Both the position numbers and the translations under genes were made by a program. From positions 1,716-65,715 of the forward strand of contig JBHLPF010000009.1 in NCBI GenBank assembly GCA_048939765.1: a stretch of DNA of 64,000 bases, given 5' to 3'. Source of the DNA: Promethearchaeota archaeon. GTDB taxonomy: Archaea > Asgardarchaeota > Thorarchaeia > Thorarchaeales > Thorarchaeaceae. Below, in pieces: positions 9,879 through 18,728 of the stretch; position 1 is the first letter of the stretch, and each line of letters starts with the position of its first letter. The notes beneath the pieces are model-generated. The model did no database searches, had not been told where the DNA came from, and saw only the letters and a list, made by a program, of their open reading frames with translations.

Positions 9879-10712
9879 TCAGTCCAACTCCAAGTCTTCG
9901 AGGTCTGTAAAGAGATCCTCCTCGCCAATACTCTCCGGCGCTCCAGGATTCAGGACTCTGAGTAGCATGGCATCAGCTTTCTTGATAATCTCTTGACGCT
10001 TCCTGAGCCCAACAGTGGAACCAATACGTATTGCATGAATGTCTGGATCCAGTCCCTCAACATCTGCGGGTTTATGAACATAGACCTCAACAAACCTCGA
10101 AGGATGCAGGCCTCTGACAGCTTTGGGCTTCCGATATCCCGCAGAAACCATTGCGATTCGGCCTTTGCGTTTCTCTCTGGTTGCGCTGTCGATTCCCCTC
10201 ACTTTTCGCCACGAGTCACTGACTCTTGTCCAACGATGGGCTTGCTCATGCCTGAACTTTGGCTGTTTCTTCCGCTTTGCCTTGGCAATTCTCAACAGCC
10301 GCTGGTCTATGAGTTCATCTCTAGGAAGCACCCTCTTTGGTTCCTTCTTTTTCTTTGGTTTCGCCTTGGGCTTTGCTTTCTTTGGCTTCGGCTCAGCTTT
10401 CTTCTTGGCAGGCTTCTTTGGTTTGACCTCTTCCTCCGCCTTCTTCTTCGGCTTGGGCTCAGCTGCAGGCTTCTTTGGCTTTTTCTTTGGCTTCTCTGCC
10501 TTGGGTTTTTTTGAGGGCGGAGTAACCATCTTCTGTGCAGCTTTGATAAGTTTCGCAGCTCCAGCTTCACTTAGTCCATCCACCTTCGCAGCCAGTTTCT
10601 CTGGCACAGACTTGGATAGCTTGGCGACTGTCTTGACTCCTGCACCTCTCAACTTCTCTTCGATCTTTGGACCCAATCCGGGCACGTCTGTGAGTGTGGG
10701 TTTCTTTGACAT
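9879..10712 (-). CDS. rpl32e: 50S ribosomal protein eL32 with N-terminal HhH domain and Lys-rich linker
   Basis: WRKVRGIDS, GYRKPKAVRGLHPS; N-terminal VPGLGPK HhH motif. Confidence 0.93.
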   Translation of the reverse strand: MSKKPTLTDVPGLGPKIEEKLRGAGVKTVAKLSKSVPEKLAAKVDGLSEAGAAKLIKAAQKMVTPPSKKPKAEKPKKKPKKPAAEPKPKKKAEEEVKPKKPAKKKAEPKPKKAKPKAKPKKKKEPKRVLPRDELIDQRLLRIAKAKRKKQPKFRHEQAHRWTRVSDSWRKVRGIDSATREKRKGRIAMVSAGYRKPKAVRGLHPSRFVEVYVHKPADVEGLDPDIHAIRIGSTVGLRKRQEIIKKADAMLLRVLNPGAPESIGEEDLFTDLEDLELD

Positions 10713-10725
10713 GGTTTATTCCTCC

Positions 10726-11289
10726 TTAGACAATCGCCTTTACTTCCTCACCCTTTCTCTTCCTAATGACATAGATGCCATCAAGGAACACGCGTCTGTC
10801 CTTGTTTCGAATCTTAGTTGCCAACTGGATGTTTGCAGCACTCTGAGAGACTGCTTCGATGTCGATACCACTAATGATGATCTCGTCTTCTGTGGTCTTT
10901 ACTTCAACATCTCCGATTAGTTTCGCCCGACGAACACCTCTCTCGCCGATGAAGTTCTTGATTAGCACTTGATCTCCTTGAGTTTCAACAGACATTGGAA
11001 AGTGGCTATAGACAATCTTCATCTCGTATACATATCCATATTGAACTCCGATGAGCATGTTACGAATATGTGCAATTGCTGTGCCGACAAGGGCCTTTGT
11101 TCTTTTGCGGCTAATCGATGTTGAAGCTACTACTTCATTGCCTTCCATCCTGATGTCAGCTTGTGGATTAGGAAATGACCGAATCAGAGAACCTTTCGGA
11201 CCTGTGACAGTAGCAGTCCTTCCTTCGAGTGAAACCTGGCATTCACTGGGTATCTCGATTCGCTTCTCGTAAACATAGCTTGAAGACAT
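10726..11289 (-). CDS. rpl6: 50S ribosomal protein uL6
   Basis: VTGPKG, YSHFPM, KNFIGER, DRRVFLDGIY. Confidence 0.96.
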   Translation of the reverse strand: MSSSYVYEKRIEIPSECQVSLEGRTATVTGPKGSLIRSFPNPQADIRMEGNEVVASTSISRKRTKALVGTAIAHIRNMLIGVQYGYVYEMKIVYSHFPMSVETQGDQVLIKNFIGERGVRRAKLIGDVEVKTTEDEIIISGIDIEAVSQSAANIQLATKIRNKDRRVFLDGIYVIRKRKGEEVKAIV

Positions 11290-11304
11290 TTGTCAGACCT
11301 CCTT

Positions 11305-11715
11305 CTAATACACAAAAGCTAGTAGTCTTCCGCCAATCCCACGGTTCTTGGCATCTCTGTGAGTCATGACTCCCTGTGGAGTGGTCACAATCAAAATGCC
11401 ATAGTTGTAGGCTGGAAGGAATCTCTTCTCGTATCTCTCAAATCCGTCGCGTTTGACAGGAAAGCGTGGTTTAATCACACCACACCTGTTTGTCCGTCCC
11501 ATCAGCTGGATACGGAACCTTCCTGACATTCCGTCATCTATACGTTCGAATTCGCCAATGTATCCCTGTGTCTGCATCACCTGCAGAACTCTCTCTATAA
11601 GACTGGAAGCCGGTTGAATCATTACCTCAGGCTTTCCAACTATCTCACTGTTGTAGATGCTTGACATCGCATCAGCCAATGGGTCTAGCAGTGTCATCCT
11701 CTTTCTGGCCTCCAT
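11305..11715 (-). CDS. rps8: 30S ribosomal protein uS8
   Basis: [29 protein letters not shown]. Confidence 0.96.
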   Translation of the reverse strand: MEARKRMTLLDPLADAMSSIYNSEIVGKPEVMIQPASSLIERVLQVMQTQGYIGEFERIDDGMSGRFRIQLMGRTNRCGVIKPRFPVKRDGFERYEKRFLPAYNYGILIVTTPQGVMTHRDAKNRGIGGRLLAFVY

Positions 11716-11885
11716 TAACTATACTTTCTGAATCCCAGCTTCACCGCTGTTTCTCTAAAACACCGGCGGCACATGTTGAGCCCATATGAGCGAATAATTG
11801 CCTGGTGGGTCCCACAACGAACACAGGTGCGGCTACCTTTGCCCATTCTCTTGCGCCTCTTTACACGTTCTTTCTTTGTATTCAT
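11715..11885 (-). CDS. rps14: 30S ribosomal protein uS14 (zinc type; absent from the ORF track)
   Basis: Manual translation [56 protein letters not shown] (56 aa). Confidence 0.95.
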   Translation of the reverse strand: MNTKKERVKRRKRMGKGSRTCVRCGTHQAIIRSYGLNMCRRCFRETAVKLGFRKYS

Positions 11886-11896
11886 TATGGCTCGCC

Positions 11897-12499
11897 TCAG
11901 AACAGGTATGTTCTTTCTCTGACTTTCTCCAAGATTTCGACACCAAAGCCGGTCTTGATGAAAACCATGCTCTCTTCCGGTGTCAGTCGGTGTCTATATG
12001 GGACCTTTGTCCTTCTTCTTCTCCTTCTCTTCACCCGGAAGCCGGGTCGCTCTATGCACACCGTTATGTTCATTCCCTGAATACCAAGCTGTGGGTCATA
12101 CTTTACATCAGGAATGTCGATGTGTTCTGTGATGCCAAATGCGAAATTGCCATCATCATCCCAGTTCTTGATCAGCAATACATTCTCCTTTGCCTCTAAG
12201 GCTCTAGCCAGGAACTTGTGCGCCTTATCATCTCGCAGCGTGACTCTCACTGCAATTGGTTCTTTCCGACGAATTCCGAAGTCTCGCACGGTCTGACGAG
12301 CTCTGGACTGAACCGGTGTTTGACCTGTGAGTTGTTCCAGAATCGCCGATGCTCTATTGAGAGGCTCGCCTCCACCTGTACACATGTCGACTACTACCTT
12401 GGCCACATAAGGCGCTTTCATTGGATATGCCTTCCATTCTGCCAGGTAGAGATCCTCATTCGGAGTTGCATTCTTTCCTGTTTCCGATGTTGTACTCAT
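11897..12499 (-). CDS. rpl5: 50S ribosomal protein uL5
   Basis: [30 protein letters not shown]. Confidence 0.96.
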   Translation of the reverse strand: MSTTSETGKNATPNEDLYLAEWKAYPMKAPYVAKVVVDMCTGGGEPLNRASAILEQLTGQTPVQSRARQTVRDFGIRRKEPIAVRVTLRDDKAHKFLARALEAKENVLLIKNWDDDGNFAFGITEHIDIPDVKYDPQLGIQGMNITVCIERPGFRVKRRRRRRTKVPYRHRLTPEESMVFIKTGFGVEILEKVRERTYLF

Positions 12500-13248
12500 T
12501 GAGATGCACCTCCTGAGTCCGTAGTAACCTCAGATGTCTTCTTGCCAAGAACAAATACATATCCAAGTGCAGTCTGGAATCGATTGCCCTCGGCGTCTTC
12601 TATCGTAACTGTACTAGCATGAGTCCCAAAGCGTTTCTCTATCTCCAGAATCTTCCCTTCGATCCCAATGTTCTTTCCTTGGCTCACAACTGCATAGGAG
12701 CCCTTCTCCATTGGAATTGTCTTGATATGCTTCTGGTCTGGAAGCGATACCTGAATGGTGTCAAGAGTATTGAAATCGGCAGGCTTGCCACCTGATGGCA
12801 GTAAGAGGTTGCGACCATCATGCAGCGTCATCTGGAGCCTTCCTCCTGGAACCATCATCTTCTTCTCAACTCTACAGAGTTTGAAGCTGGCTTCCTTGTC
12901 ATCGATTGGGACGAGTCGTAGTCCGCCTTTCTTCTTTGGAACCAGCCTGAACTTCTCTTCAGAGTCTTGTATCTCAAGGACATCCATCATTCCAATTGGA
13001 AATCTCGGATCCTTGCGAATCCGGCCATCGACGCGAACTTGACCAGTATTCAGAATGGCCTTTACTTCACGCATATTCTTCGCATAGCCGAGCATCTCCC
13101 TGAGTACAATAGCGAGAGTCAAGCTGTGATCCTTTGGATGTGGTCCCGGAATTGGCCTAGTTGTGAACTTGGCTTCCTTGCGCTTGATCGGCCAATATTT
13201 CGGCGCCGGCAATCGTTTCAGGTGCTTCTTCTGCCCTCTTCTTGCCAT
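12496..13248 (-). CDS. rps4e: 30S ribosomal protein eS4
   Basis: HLKRLPAP..W, PGPH, VDGRIRKD..FPIG.MDV. Confidence 0.96.
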   Translation of the reverse strand: MARRGQKKHLKRLPAPKYWPIKRKEAKFTTRPIPGPHPKDHSLTLAIVLREMLGYAKNMREVKAILNTGQVRVDGRIRKDPRFPIGMMDVLEIQDSEEKFRLVPKKKGGLRLVPIDDKEASFKLCRVEKKMMVPGGRLQMTLHDGRNLLLPSGGKPADFNTLDTIQVSLPDQKHIKTIPMEKGSYAVVSQGKNIGIEGKILEIEKRFGTHASTVTIEDAEGNRFQTALGYVFVLGKKTSEVTTDSGGASQ

Positions 13249-13635
13249 CTACTCACTCTCCGCTAGTTTGACTACTTTGTTGTCAATGATTCTCTTCCTG
13301 TCATCATCGAGCTCAAGCTTCACAAGCATAAGATTCGAGGGATGTATAGGAACTTGAGCCTCCTTTCCATCGGCCTTGGTCGTTGTAGCGCTCTCAAGAT
13401 AGACTCTGACCCCCCTGTAGTCAACTCTTACGATTTTTCCCTCAGTATCTCTGAACTGGCCACGCATAACTCGAACAAGGTCGCCTTTCTTTACGACCAA
13501 TGACCTTAGACCATATTCTTCCCGTAGGAACTCGTCAAGTCTGCACTTCATCATCTTCTTGTGCGAGTGTAATGGCGACTTGTACATTCGCCTTCTCTGC
13601 TTCCCTGGAGACTTTGAGCTAATCTTCTTCGTCAT
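13249..13635 (-). CDS. rpl24: 50S ribosomal protein uL24
   Basis: SKSPGKQR, KGD.VRVMRG, PIHPSNL. Confidence 0.95.
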   Translation of the reverse strand: MTKKISSKSPGKQRRRMYKSPLHSHKKMMKCRLDEFLREEYGLRSLVVKKGDLVRVMRGQFRDTEGKIVRVDYRGVRVYLESATTTKADGKEAQVPIHPSNLMLVKLELDDDRKRIIDNKVVKLAESE

Positions 13636-13645
13636 TCATCATACC

Positions 13646-14068
13646 TCACACAATCTTGGATGCTATGGCTGAAACACGCGGCCACCTCAGTGTGACTTCT
13701 CTCGCCATTGGTCCCCGAAGCTCAGAACCTTGCGGCTCGCCACCCGGCTTGATTAGAACCGCAGCATTATCTTCGAATTGCATCCACGTTCCATCAGGTC
13801 TTCGGTATGGCTTTCTCTGCCGCACTATTACAGCTTGGAGCACTTGCTTACGGAGGTCCTGCTTGCCTTTTGTAACAGAAACATTGACCTTATCACCAAT
13901 GCCTGCTTTTCCAAGCTTCCTGAGATTTCCCTTGTATCCGAAAACTGTGATGATTTGGAGCTCCTTAGCCCCCGAGTTGTCAGTGCAAAGAATCTTAGCC
14001 CCAATGGGCAAACCACGTGCTATTCTAGGAGTGAATTTCCTGATACCTCTACCAACCTTCCTCGACAT
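13646..14068 (-). CDS. rpl14: 50S ribosomal protein uL14
   Basis: DNSGAK, IVRQRKPYRRPDG, FEDNAAV. Confidence 0.96.
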   Translation of the reverse strand: MSRKVGRGIRKFTPRIARGLPIGAKILCTDNSGAKELQIITVFGYKGNLRKLGKAGIGDKVNVSVTKGKQDLRKQVLQAVIVRQRKPYRRPDGTWMQFEDNAAVLIKPGGEPQGSELRGPMAREVTLRWPRVSAIASKIV

Positions 14069-14071
14069 GAT

Positions 14072-14431
14072 TTATTCCTCCTCATTTGATTCCTGCTTGA
14101 CAGCCGCCACTACCACACAGGTTACTGTCTTGCTAAGTGGCTTACATTCAACCGCCTTGACACTGTCGCCAACACTCACATCGATGCAAGGTGGAAGATG
14201 CGCATGTTTCTTGCTTCTTCGCCTCTCATACCTGGAGTACTTCTTTATCAAGCTAAGATAGTCCTGCCGAAACGTTATTGTCCTGTGCATCTTAGTGCTG
14301 GTGACTACACCCTCCATGACTCGTCCACGAACTGCTAGATTGCCATGAAATGGACAATGCGGATCTTCACAGGCTTTCTCAGGAGGCTCTACGTTGGGGA
14401 TCCCAATATTACGTATCTTCGCTTCCGGCAT
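14072..14431 (-). CDS. rps17: 30S ribosomal protein uS17
   Basis: C.D..CPFHG.L.VRG, KYSRYERR, HLPPC. Confidence 0.96.
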   Translation of the reverse strand: MPEAKIRNIGIPNVEPPEKACEDPHCPFHGNLAVRGRVMEGVVTSTKMHRTITFRQDYLSLIKKYSRYERRRSKKHAHLPPCIDVSVGDSVKAVECKPLSKTVTCVVVAAVKQESNEEE

Positions 14432-14432
14432 T

Positions 14433-14717
14433 CTACCATCTCCTCCTCTGTGGTTTCTTCATTCGATTCTCTGGAGTACCTCTCAGCTTGTGTCCCTCAA
14501 CTCTAACTATCATGCCATTAGGCAGTTTGAAATCAAACACACTATTCGTCTTTGGAACCATAATCTCTCCAGTTTCGGTGGAGATGTGGATCATCTCTTT
14601 TGACTCGTCGACTATGGGCCCCTGTCTGCAGATGTGTCCCGGATCAGAGGATTGTACTATGTGCGTTTCTAGCCCTATGAGTTCATGTCTGGTTAGATTG
14701 GCTGGCGTAATCCTCAT
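14433..14717 (-). CDS. rnp1: Ribonuclease P protein component 1 (Rpp29)
   Basis: HELIGL, G.IVDESK, L.GTPENR.KK. Confidence 0.93.
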   Translation of the reverse strand: MRITPANLTRHELIGLETHIVQSSDPGHICRQGPIVDESKEMIHISTETGEIMVPKTNSVFDFKLPNGMIVRVEGHKLRGTPENRMKKPQRRRW

Positions 14718-14926
14718 GCCTGTTCCTCACGCTCCATCTCGCTCTGGATGGTCAGTATCCGGGCGATTGCCCTCCTGACATTCCTTATTCTATAGGGATT
14801 GTCTGTTCCTCCGCCGGTTGCCATCTGGATTCGAATCTCTGTTAGTTCATTATAGAGATCTTTCAATCTCTTCTGACGTTCAATGGGAGTCAGGTTTCTG
14901 ATGTCTTTGGCAGTTAGACGGGCCAT
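14714..14926 (-). CDS. rpl29: 50S ribosomal protein uL29
   Basis: RNVRRAIARILT. Confidence 0.93.
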   Translation of the reverse strand: MARLTAKDIRNLTPIERQKRLKDLYNELTEIRIQMATGGGTDNPYRIRNVRRAIARILTIQSEMEREEQA

Positions 14927-14928
14927 CT

Positions 14929-15828
14929 CTATTCACCCACCTCTTCCAAATCGTCAAGCTCCTCTAGCTCCTTCAACGACTCCTCTGTCGCTTCCGGAGT
15001 AGGTGCTTCATGGACATCAGAGGTTTTGTCATCAGAATCAGTGCTTGTAGGTTCCGGTTCCGGCTCATCTTTAATCTTGACTGGCTCTTCTACTAGCTCA
15101 AGACCGTCCAGTTCCTCAAGCTCTCTCAATTCTTCAATGTCAGTGATTCCCTCAAGCCCTTCCTCGACCTCCACAACCTCTTCTTCCTCTTCGGGTCTCT
15201 TAACGACCTCCGGCTCGACAGCTTTTCTTGCCTTGGGTGTCTTCACACTGATTACACCAGGCAGTCTGGCCTCCGGTCGCATGATTCTCACCTTGATGCC
15301 TATCGCACCCGGTTTCAGAATAGCTGTGTCATCAGCCTCATCCACCCATGTGTCAGCTGGTTCACCGGTCTTTGCAACGGTGGCTTGTTTGAATTTCTGG
15401 TACCTCGCTCTCCTACTCGAGAGCTTGCCTTTTACAATAATCTCACATCCCAGAGCACCAGCGCGCATGACTCGTCTGAGAATCCAATATGCCATTCTCC
15501 TGAATCGAACACCGCGTTCAAGCTGTCTTGCAAGTCTTGATGCCATGACCTGTGCATTGAGCCATGGATTCTCGATCTCACTGACTTCCACTTGGACATT
15601 CTCTATTCCAAACTCGGTTTCCAGAATCTCTGTCAGCTCTCTGATCTTGGAGCCGCGGCGACCAATAACAACTCCAGGTCGAGACGCATGAATGACAACT
15701 TCTGTTCTCATGGGCATTTTTCTAATCTCGACACCACCATATCCAGCGGAGTTCAGTTCTCTCGCCAGGAACTCGTCAACTTTTAGCCTACGAGAGTTCT
15801 GGTCGATGAAGTATTTCACTGCGGACAT
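14929..15828 (-). CDS. rps3: 30S ribosomal protein uS3 with long acidic tail
   Basis: AGYGG, RPGVVIGRRG, GIKVRIM; Glu-rich C-terminal ~100 aa. Confidence 0.96.
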   Translation of the reverse strand: MSAVKYFIDQNSRRLKVDEFLARELNSAGYGGVEIRKMPMRTEVVIHASRPGVVIGRRGSKIRELTEILETEFGIENVQVEVSEIENPWLNAQVMASRLARQLERGVRFRRMAYWILRRVMRAGALGCEIIVKGKLSSRRARYQKFKQATVAKTGEPADTWVDEADDTAILKPGAIGIKVRIMRPEARLPGVISVKTPKARKAVEPEVVKRPEEEEEVVEVEEGLEGITDIEELRELEELDGLELVEEPVKIKDEPEPEPTSTDSDDKTSDVHEAPTPEATEESLKELEELDDLEEVGE

Positions 15829-16292
15829 TATGCCACTTCCTCCAAGACAATCTCAATGTGTGTAGTGTTTTCGAAATATGGGCTGCTTCTTCCAAATGCC
15901 CTCTCAACATACTTCTTGTAAGTGCGTCCTCTATGCGCAGCTGCATGGATTATCCTGAGTCTGTCAATATCTAATCCCTTCGCATCAGCATTGGCTTCCG
16001 CATTCTTCAAAACTCTCAGGATGTTCTCAGATGCCTTTACCGGATGGCCACCTGGGCCCCACTTCTTCATCCCTGAGTGGTGTCCCCGTTTCTTCTTATG
16101 GCGTCTATAAGGAATCCAGGCTTTCTCCTCCACTACTTTGTCCAATAGATCGATGGCTCTATCTAGCATCATGCCTCTGATGACATTGCAGACCTCTCTG
16201 CTTTGCTTCGGCGAACACCTTATGTTTCTTCCACTCGCCACCGCGGTCCTATCCGGATCGATGCCTATGATCGAGTATCCATATGTTGGCAT
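15828..16292 (-). CDS. rpl22: 50S ribosomal protein uL22
   Basis: SPKQSREV, G..PVKAS, AFGRS.P, THIEIVL. Confidence 0.96.
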   Translation of the reverse strand: MPTYGYSIIGIDPDRTAVASGRNIRCSPKQSREVCNVIRGMMLDRAIDLLDKVVEEKAWIPYRRHKKKRGHHSGMKKWGPGGHPVKASENILRVLKNAEANADAKGLDIDRLRIIHAAAHRGRTYKKYVERAFGRSSPYFENTTHIEIVLEEVA

Positions 16293-16496
16293 ATCGACTC
16301 ACTTCCAGTGCTCCAACTATTCTTAGCCCACTCTGGTTCAAGTTGCTAAGACGTTACCGCTCAACAACCACTCCAAAACCTACCGGCACACGTCTACAGG
16401 CTAACTCTGCGCGCAGAACTAGACGCCTGCACTGAATCCATCGGCTCTGAAACAGTCGTCCTAGGAGCGACTGGCGTTCGCCGGGTGATGTTTCCA

Positions 16497-16502
16497 TTTA
16501 AA
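16497..16502 (-). promoter_or_regulatory. Putative TATA box of the ribosomal protein operon
   Basis: TTTAAA about 205 nt upstream of the rpl22 ATG, implying a long leader. Confidence 0.45.
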
Positions 16503-16528
16503 CGTTACGAAACAAGGCTATTCTTTTG

Positions 16529-16927
16529 CTACGGATTATCACCGAACTCGGCAGTGACGCGTCTCAGAACCGGTGTATTTATCGATTTCTTAACAAGGTC
16601 GATTCCTTTCTCTGTCATTGTCGCCTTAACATAATGAATTCCAGCTGACCTTACGTACACGAGATTCCTTGCCTTCAATTCCTGCAGGCTTGCGAGGACA
16701 ATTTGTGTGAGTTCTGAATCCGTCAGGGCAATGCCCTTTCCCGGTGTCTGAAACGTTTCACACATCTTTAGTACCGTTCGCATACTGCTGAGCTGCCTTC
16801 TTTTACTGTCATAGGGATTGGAGAATAGCCAGAGGAGAACAATGAGATCAACAACTTCAAGGTCGAGATTTGCGTTGTTCTGCAGCACCTTCTTTGCTAC
16901 GATCTCTACGATGGGCATTCTCCTCAC
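16529..16927 (-). CDS. Hypothetical winged-helix-like protein
   Basis: C-terminal SLQEL.ARNLV...TMTEKG resembles a wHTH wing. Confidence 0.6.
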   Translation of the reverse strand: MRRMPIVEIVAKKVLQNNANLDLEVVDLIVLLWLFSNPYDSKRRQLSSMRTVLKMCETFQTPGKGIALTDSELTQIVLASLQELKARNLVYVRSAGIHYVKATMTEKGIDLVKKSINTPVLRRVTAEFGDNP

Positions 16928-16965
16928 ACTCTAGATGAACTCAATGCTATTCAATGAATCGCCCT

Positions 16966-17679
16966 TTATACCAGCCCTATTAGTCCTGTCTTCGGTAGGT
17001 AAATCACTCCCTGATTCATCAGGCGATCGAGTGAAGATTCAACTGACTCTTTGGAAACTCCAAGTTCTTCAAAATGCTCCACAACATCAACCATTTCTGC
17101 CTCTCCACCCCTTTCTTGAATCCAATCCAAAATCTCCTTTGTTACATCGACTAGAGAGGGCTTGGTTTTCTCCTTAGACGGAACACCGACCAACTGGACG
17201 GTCCAAGGTCTTGGAAATACCAATGTGCCTCGATTTGAAAGCTTATTGAGCTGGTCTTCTACCCAAGACCAGTCTAGCTGGTACTCGAGGCAGAGTTCAG
17301 CTATTCTGTCCAATGAACATGCTCTCTCACTGGCCTCTCTCTCCAGGAGTTCTAGCAACCGTTTTGACTTACCAGTTGGCAGTTCCTCCTCTGATTTGTC
17401 AATGACGTCCTTTACGCTGAGTTTCTCAGGAGGGAGAAACTCTCTTACTCTTTGTTTGCTCACTTCAACCGCTTTCAGAAAAGAGTCGCCGCCCCGGGAA
17501 GCATTGAATTTCTTTACAGCATTTGATGCTCTTTCCGGGGTGTCAAACAGGGCACAGGCTGCCTTGGAGATGTCGATTATGTGTCCGCAGTAGCTGCAGC
17601 GACGTTTCTTTTGGCCTGCAGGTGCATTAGTGAAGTTCTTGCACTTTGGACACCTGAATACTAGAAACGGCTTCTGCAT
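16966..17679 (-). CDS. Zn-ribbon (DUF1922-like) protein with two C-terminal winged-helix domains
   Basis: CPKC...CSYCG; two repeats of L..L...G.(I/L)..P; ORF extends to 17736. Confidence 0.65.
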   Translation of the reverse strand: MQKPFLVFRCPKCKNFTNAPAGQKKRRCSYCGHIIDISKAACALFDTPERASNAVKKFNASRGGDSFLKAVEVSKQRVREFLPPEKLSVKDVIDKSEEELPTGKSKRLLELLEREASERACSLDRIAELCLEYQLDWSWVEDQLNKLSNRGTLVFPRPWTVQLVGVPSKEKTKPSLVDVTKEILDWIQERGGEAEMVDVVEHFEELGVSKESVESSLDRLMNQGVIYLPKTGLIGLV

Positions 17680-17795
17680 TAGTGTCGGCGCCTCCGCTAG
17701 ACTGTCAGCTACCCTGCTATTTAAACCGACTAGCATTGACTACATGAATATGGTTATATCAGGCTTCAGATTGGACGAGACTTGGAGACCCCTCT

Positions 17796-18032
17796 ATGGC
17801 AAGAAAAGCACAGAAGATAGTCATTGACAACAAGATGTGCAAAGGATGTCATATCTGTATCTCGGTCTGTCCGCATGCAGTTCTTGAGAAAGCAGATGAG
17901 GTGGACAACCGTGGGTTCTTTCTTCCAGTTGTAGTGAATCTAGATGCATGCAAAGTGTGCAGAATCTGCGAGATGGAGTGCCCAGACTTTGCGATAGCCG
18001 TGATCAGCGATGATCAATCCAATAACACATGA
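17796..18032 (+). CDS. 2x[4Fe-4S] ferredoxin (2-oxoacid oxidoreductase delta-like)
   Basis: CKGCHICISVCP and CKVCRICEMECPD. Confidence 0.9.
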   Translation: MARKAQKIVIDNKMCKGCHICISVCPHAVLEKADEVDNRGFFLPVVVNLDACKVCRICEMECPDFAIAVISDDQSNNT

Positions 18033-18092
18033 ACTAAAATGGACTAGACGCCATAGATTGTGAGTATTTGAACACAATAGTGAGGTTGGCAA

Positions 18093-18671
18093 TTGGAGAA
18101 TCCAGAGATTCGAGTCCTTCTCGAGTTAAGAAGGGAGCTTGAGGAGCAATTGAATGAACTCAGAGAAAGGGCTGATCAGGTTCAGTCATATATTCAAGCT
18201 CTTGACTCTGTCATTGGTGTCAGCAGTTTTGCCACCGCAGATACTGCGATTGGTGCTGCAGCAACCGCAGATGCACTGAGTACCGAAGCTGAGGAAAGAG
18301 CGGCGCTCACACCTGATGAGCCACGAACGATACAGGTGATGAATAAGCCTGGTGATTTAGAGTTGGCTACAATCGAGTTGGAGCCACAGAGTCTGACAAT
18401 CATCCCTGCCTCGCATGCCATCTATGATATCAAGAGAGGCGCCTTCGCACGGTTCTTTGTTGAGCGAATTCTCGGTCAGTTCCAGCAGGAGGATCGCCAT
18501 CGAGTTGAGAATGGTGAGATTGCATGGGAACAAGCATTTGATTTTGAAGTGCAAGCTGACGAGGGAGTGCTACAACAGATTGTTATCCGCAATTACTCAG
18601 AAGGTGACAGATTGAGCGAGATTCAGAACACTCTTCGATGGGCTCTTGAAAAGATATATAGGGCTCGATGA
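18093..18671 (+). CDS. Hypothetical protein with N-terminal coiled coil
   Basis: LLELRRELEEQLNELRERADQV heptads; 192-aa ORF with TTG start. Confidence 0.7.
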   Translation: MENPEIRVLLELRRELEEQLNELRERADQVQSYIQALDSVIGVSSFATADTAIGAAATADALSTEAEERAALTPDEPRTIQVMNKPGDLELATIELEPQSLTIIPASHAIYDIKRGAFARFFVERILGQFQQEDRHRVENGEIAWEQAFDFEVQADEGVLQQIVIRNYSEGDRLSEIQNTLRWALEKIYRAR

Positions 18672-18728
18672 GGCGCCAACATGCACTAACCTTGTCTTCC
18701 AGTGCAAAAGTATTAATGCCGGCCTAGA

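Noticed and set aside
9993-10920. Long plus-strand ORFs (173 and 265 aa) rich in Phe/Leu
   Set aside because: Antisense shadows of the Lys-rich eL32 linker, which lacks stops on the opposite strand
15026-15691. 221-aa Ser-rich plus-strand ORF
   Set aside because: Antisense shadow of the Glu-rich uS3 tail
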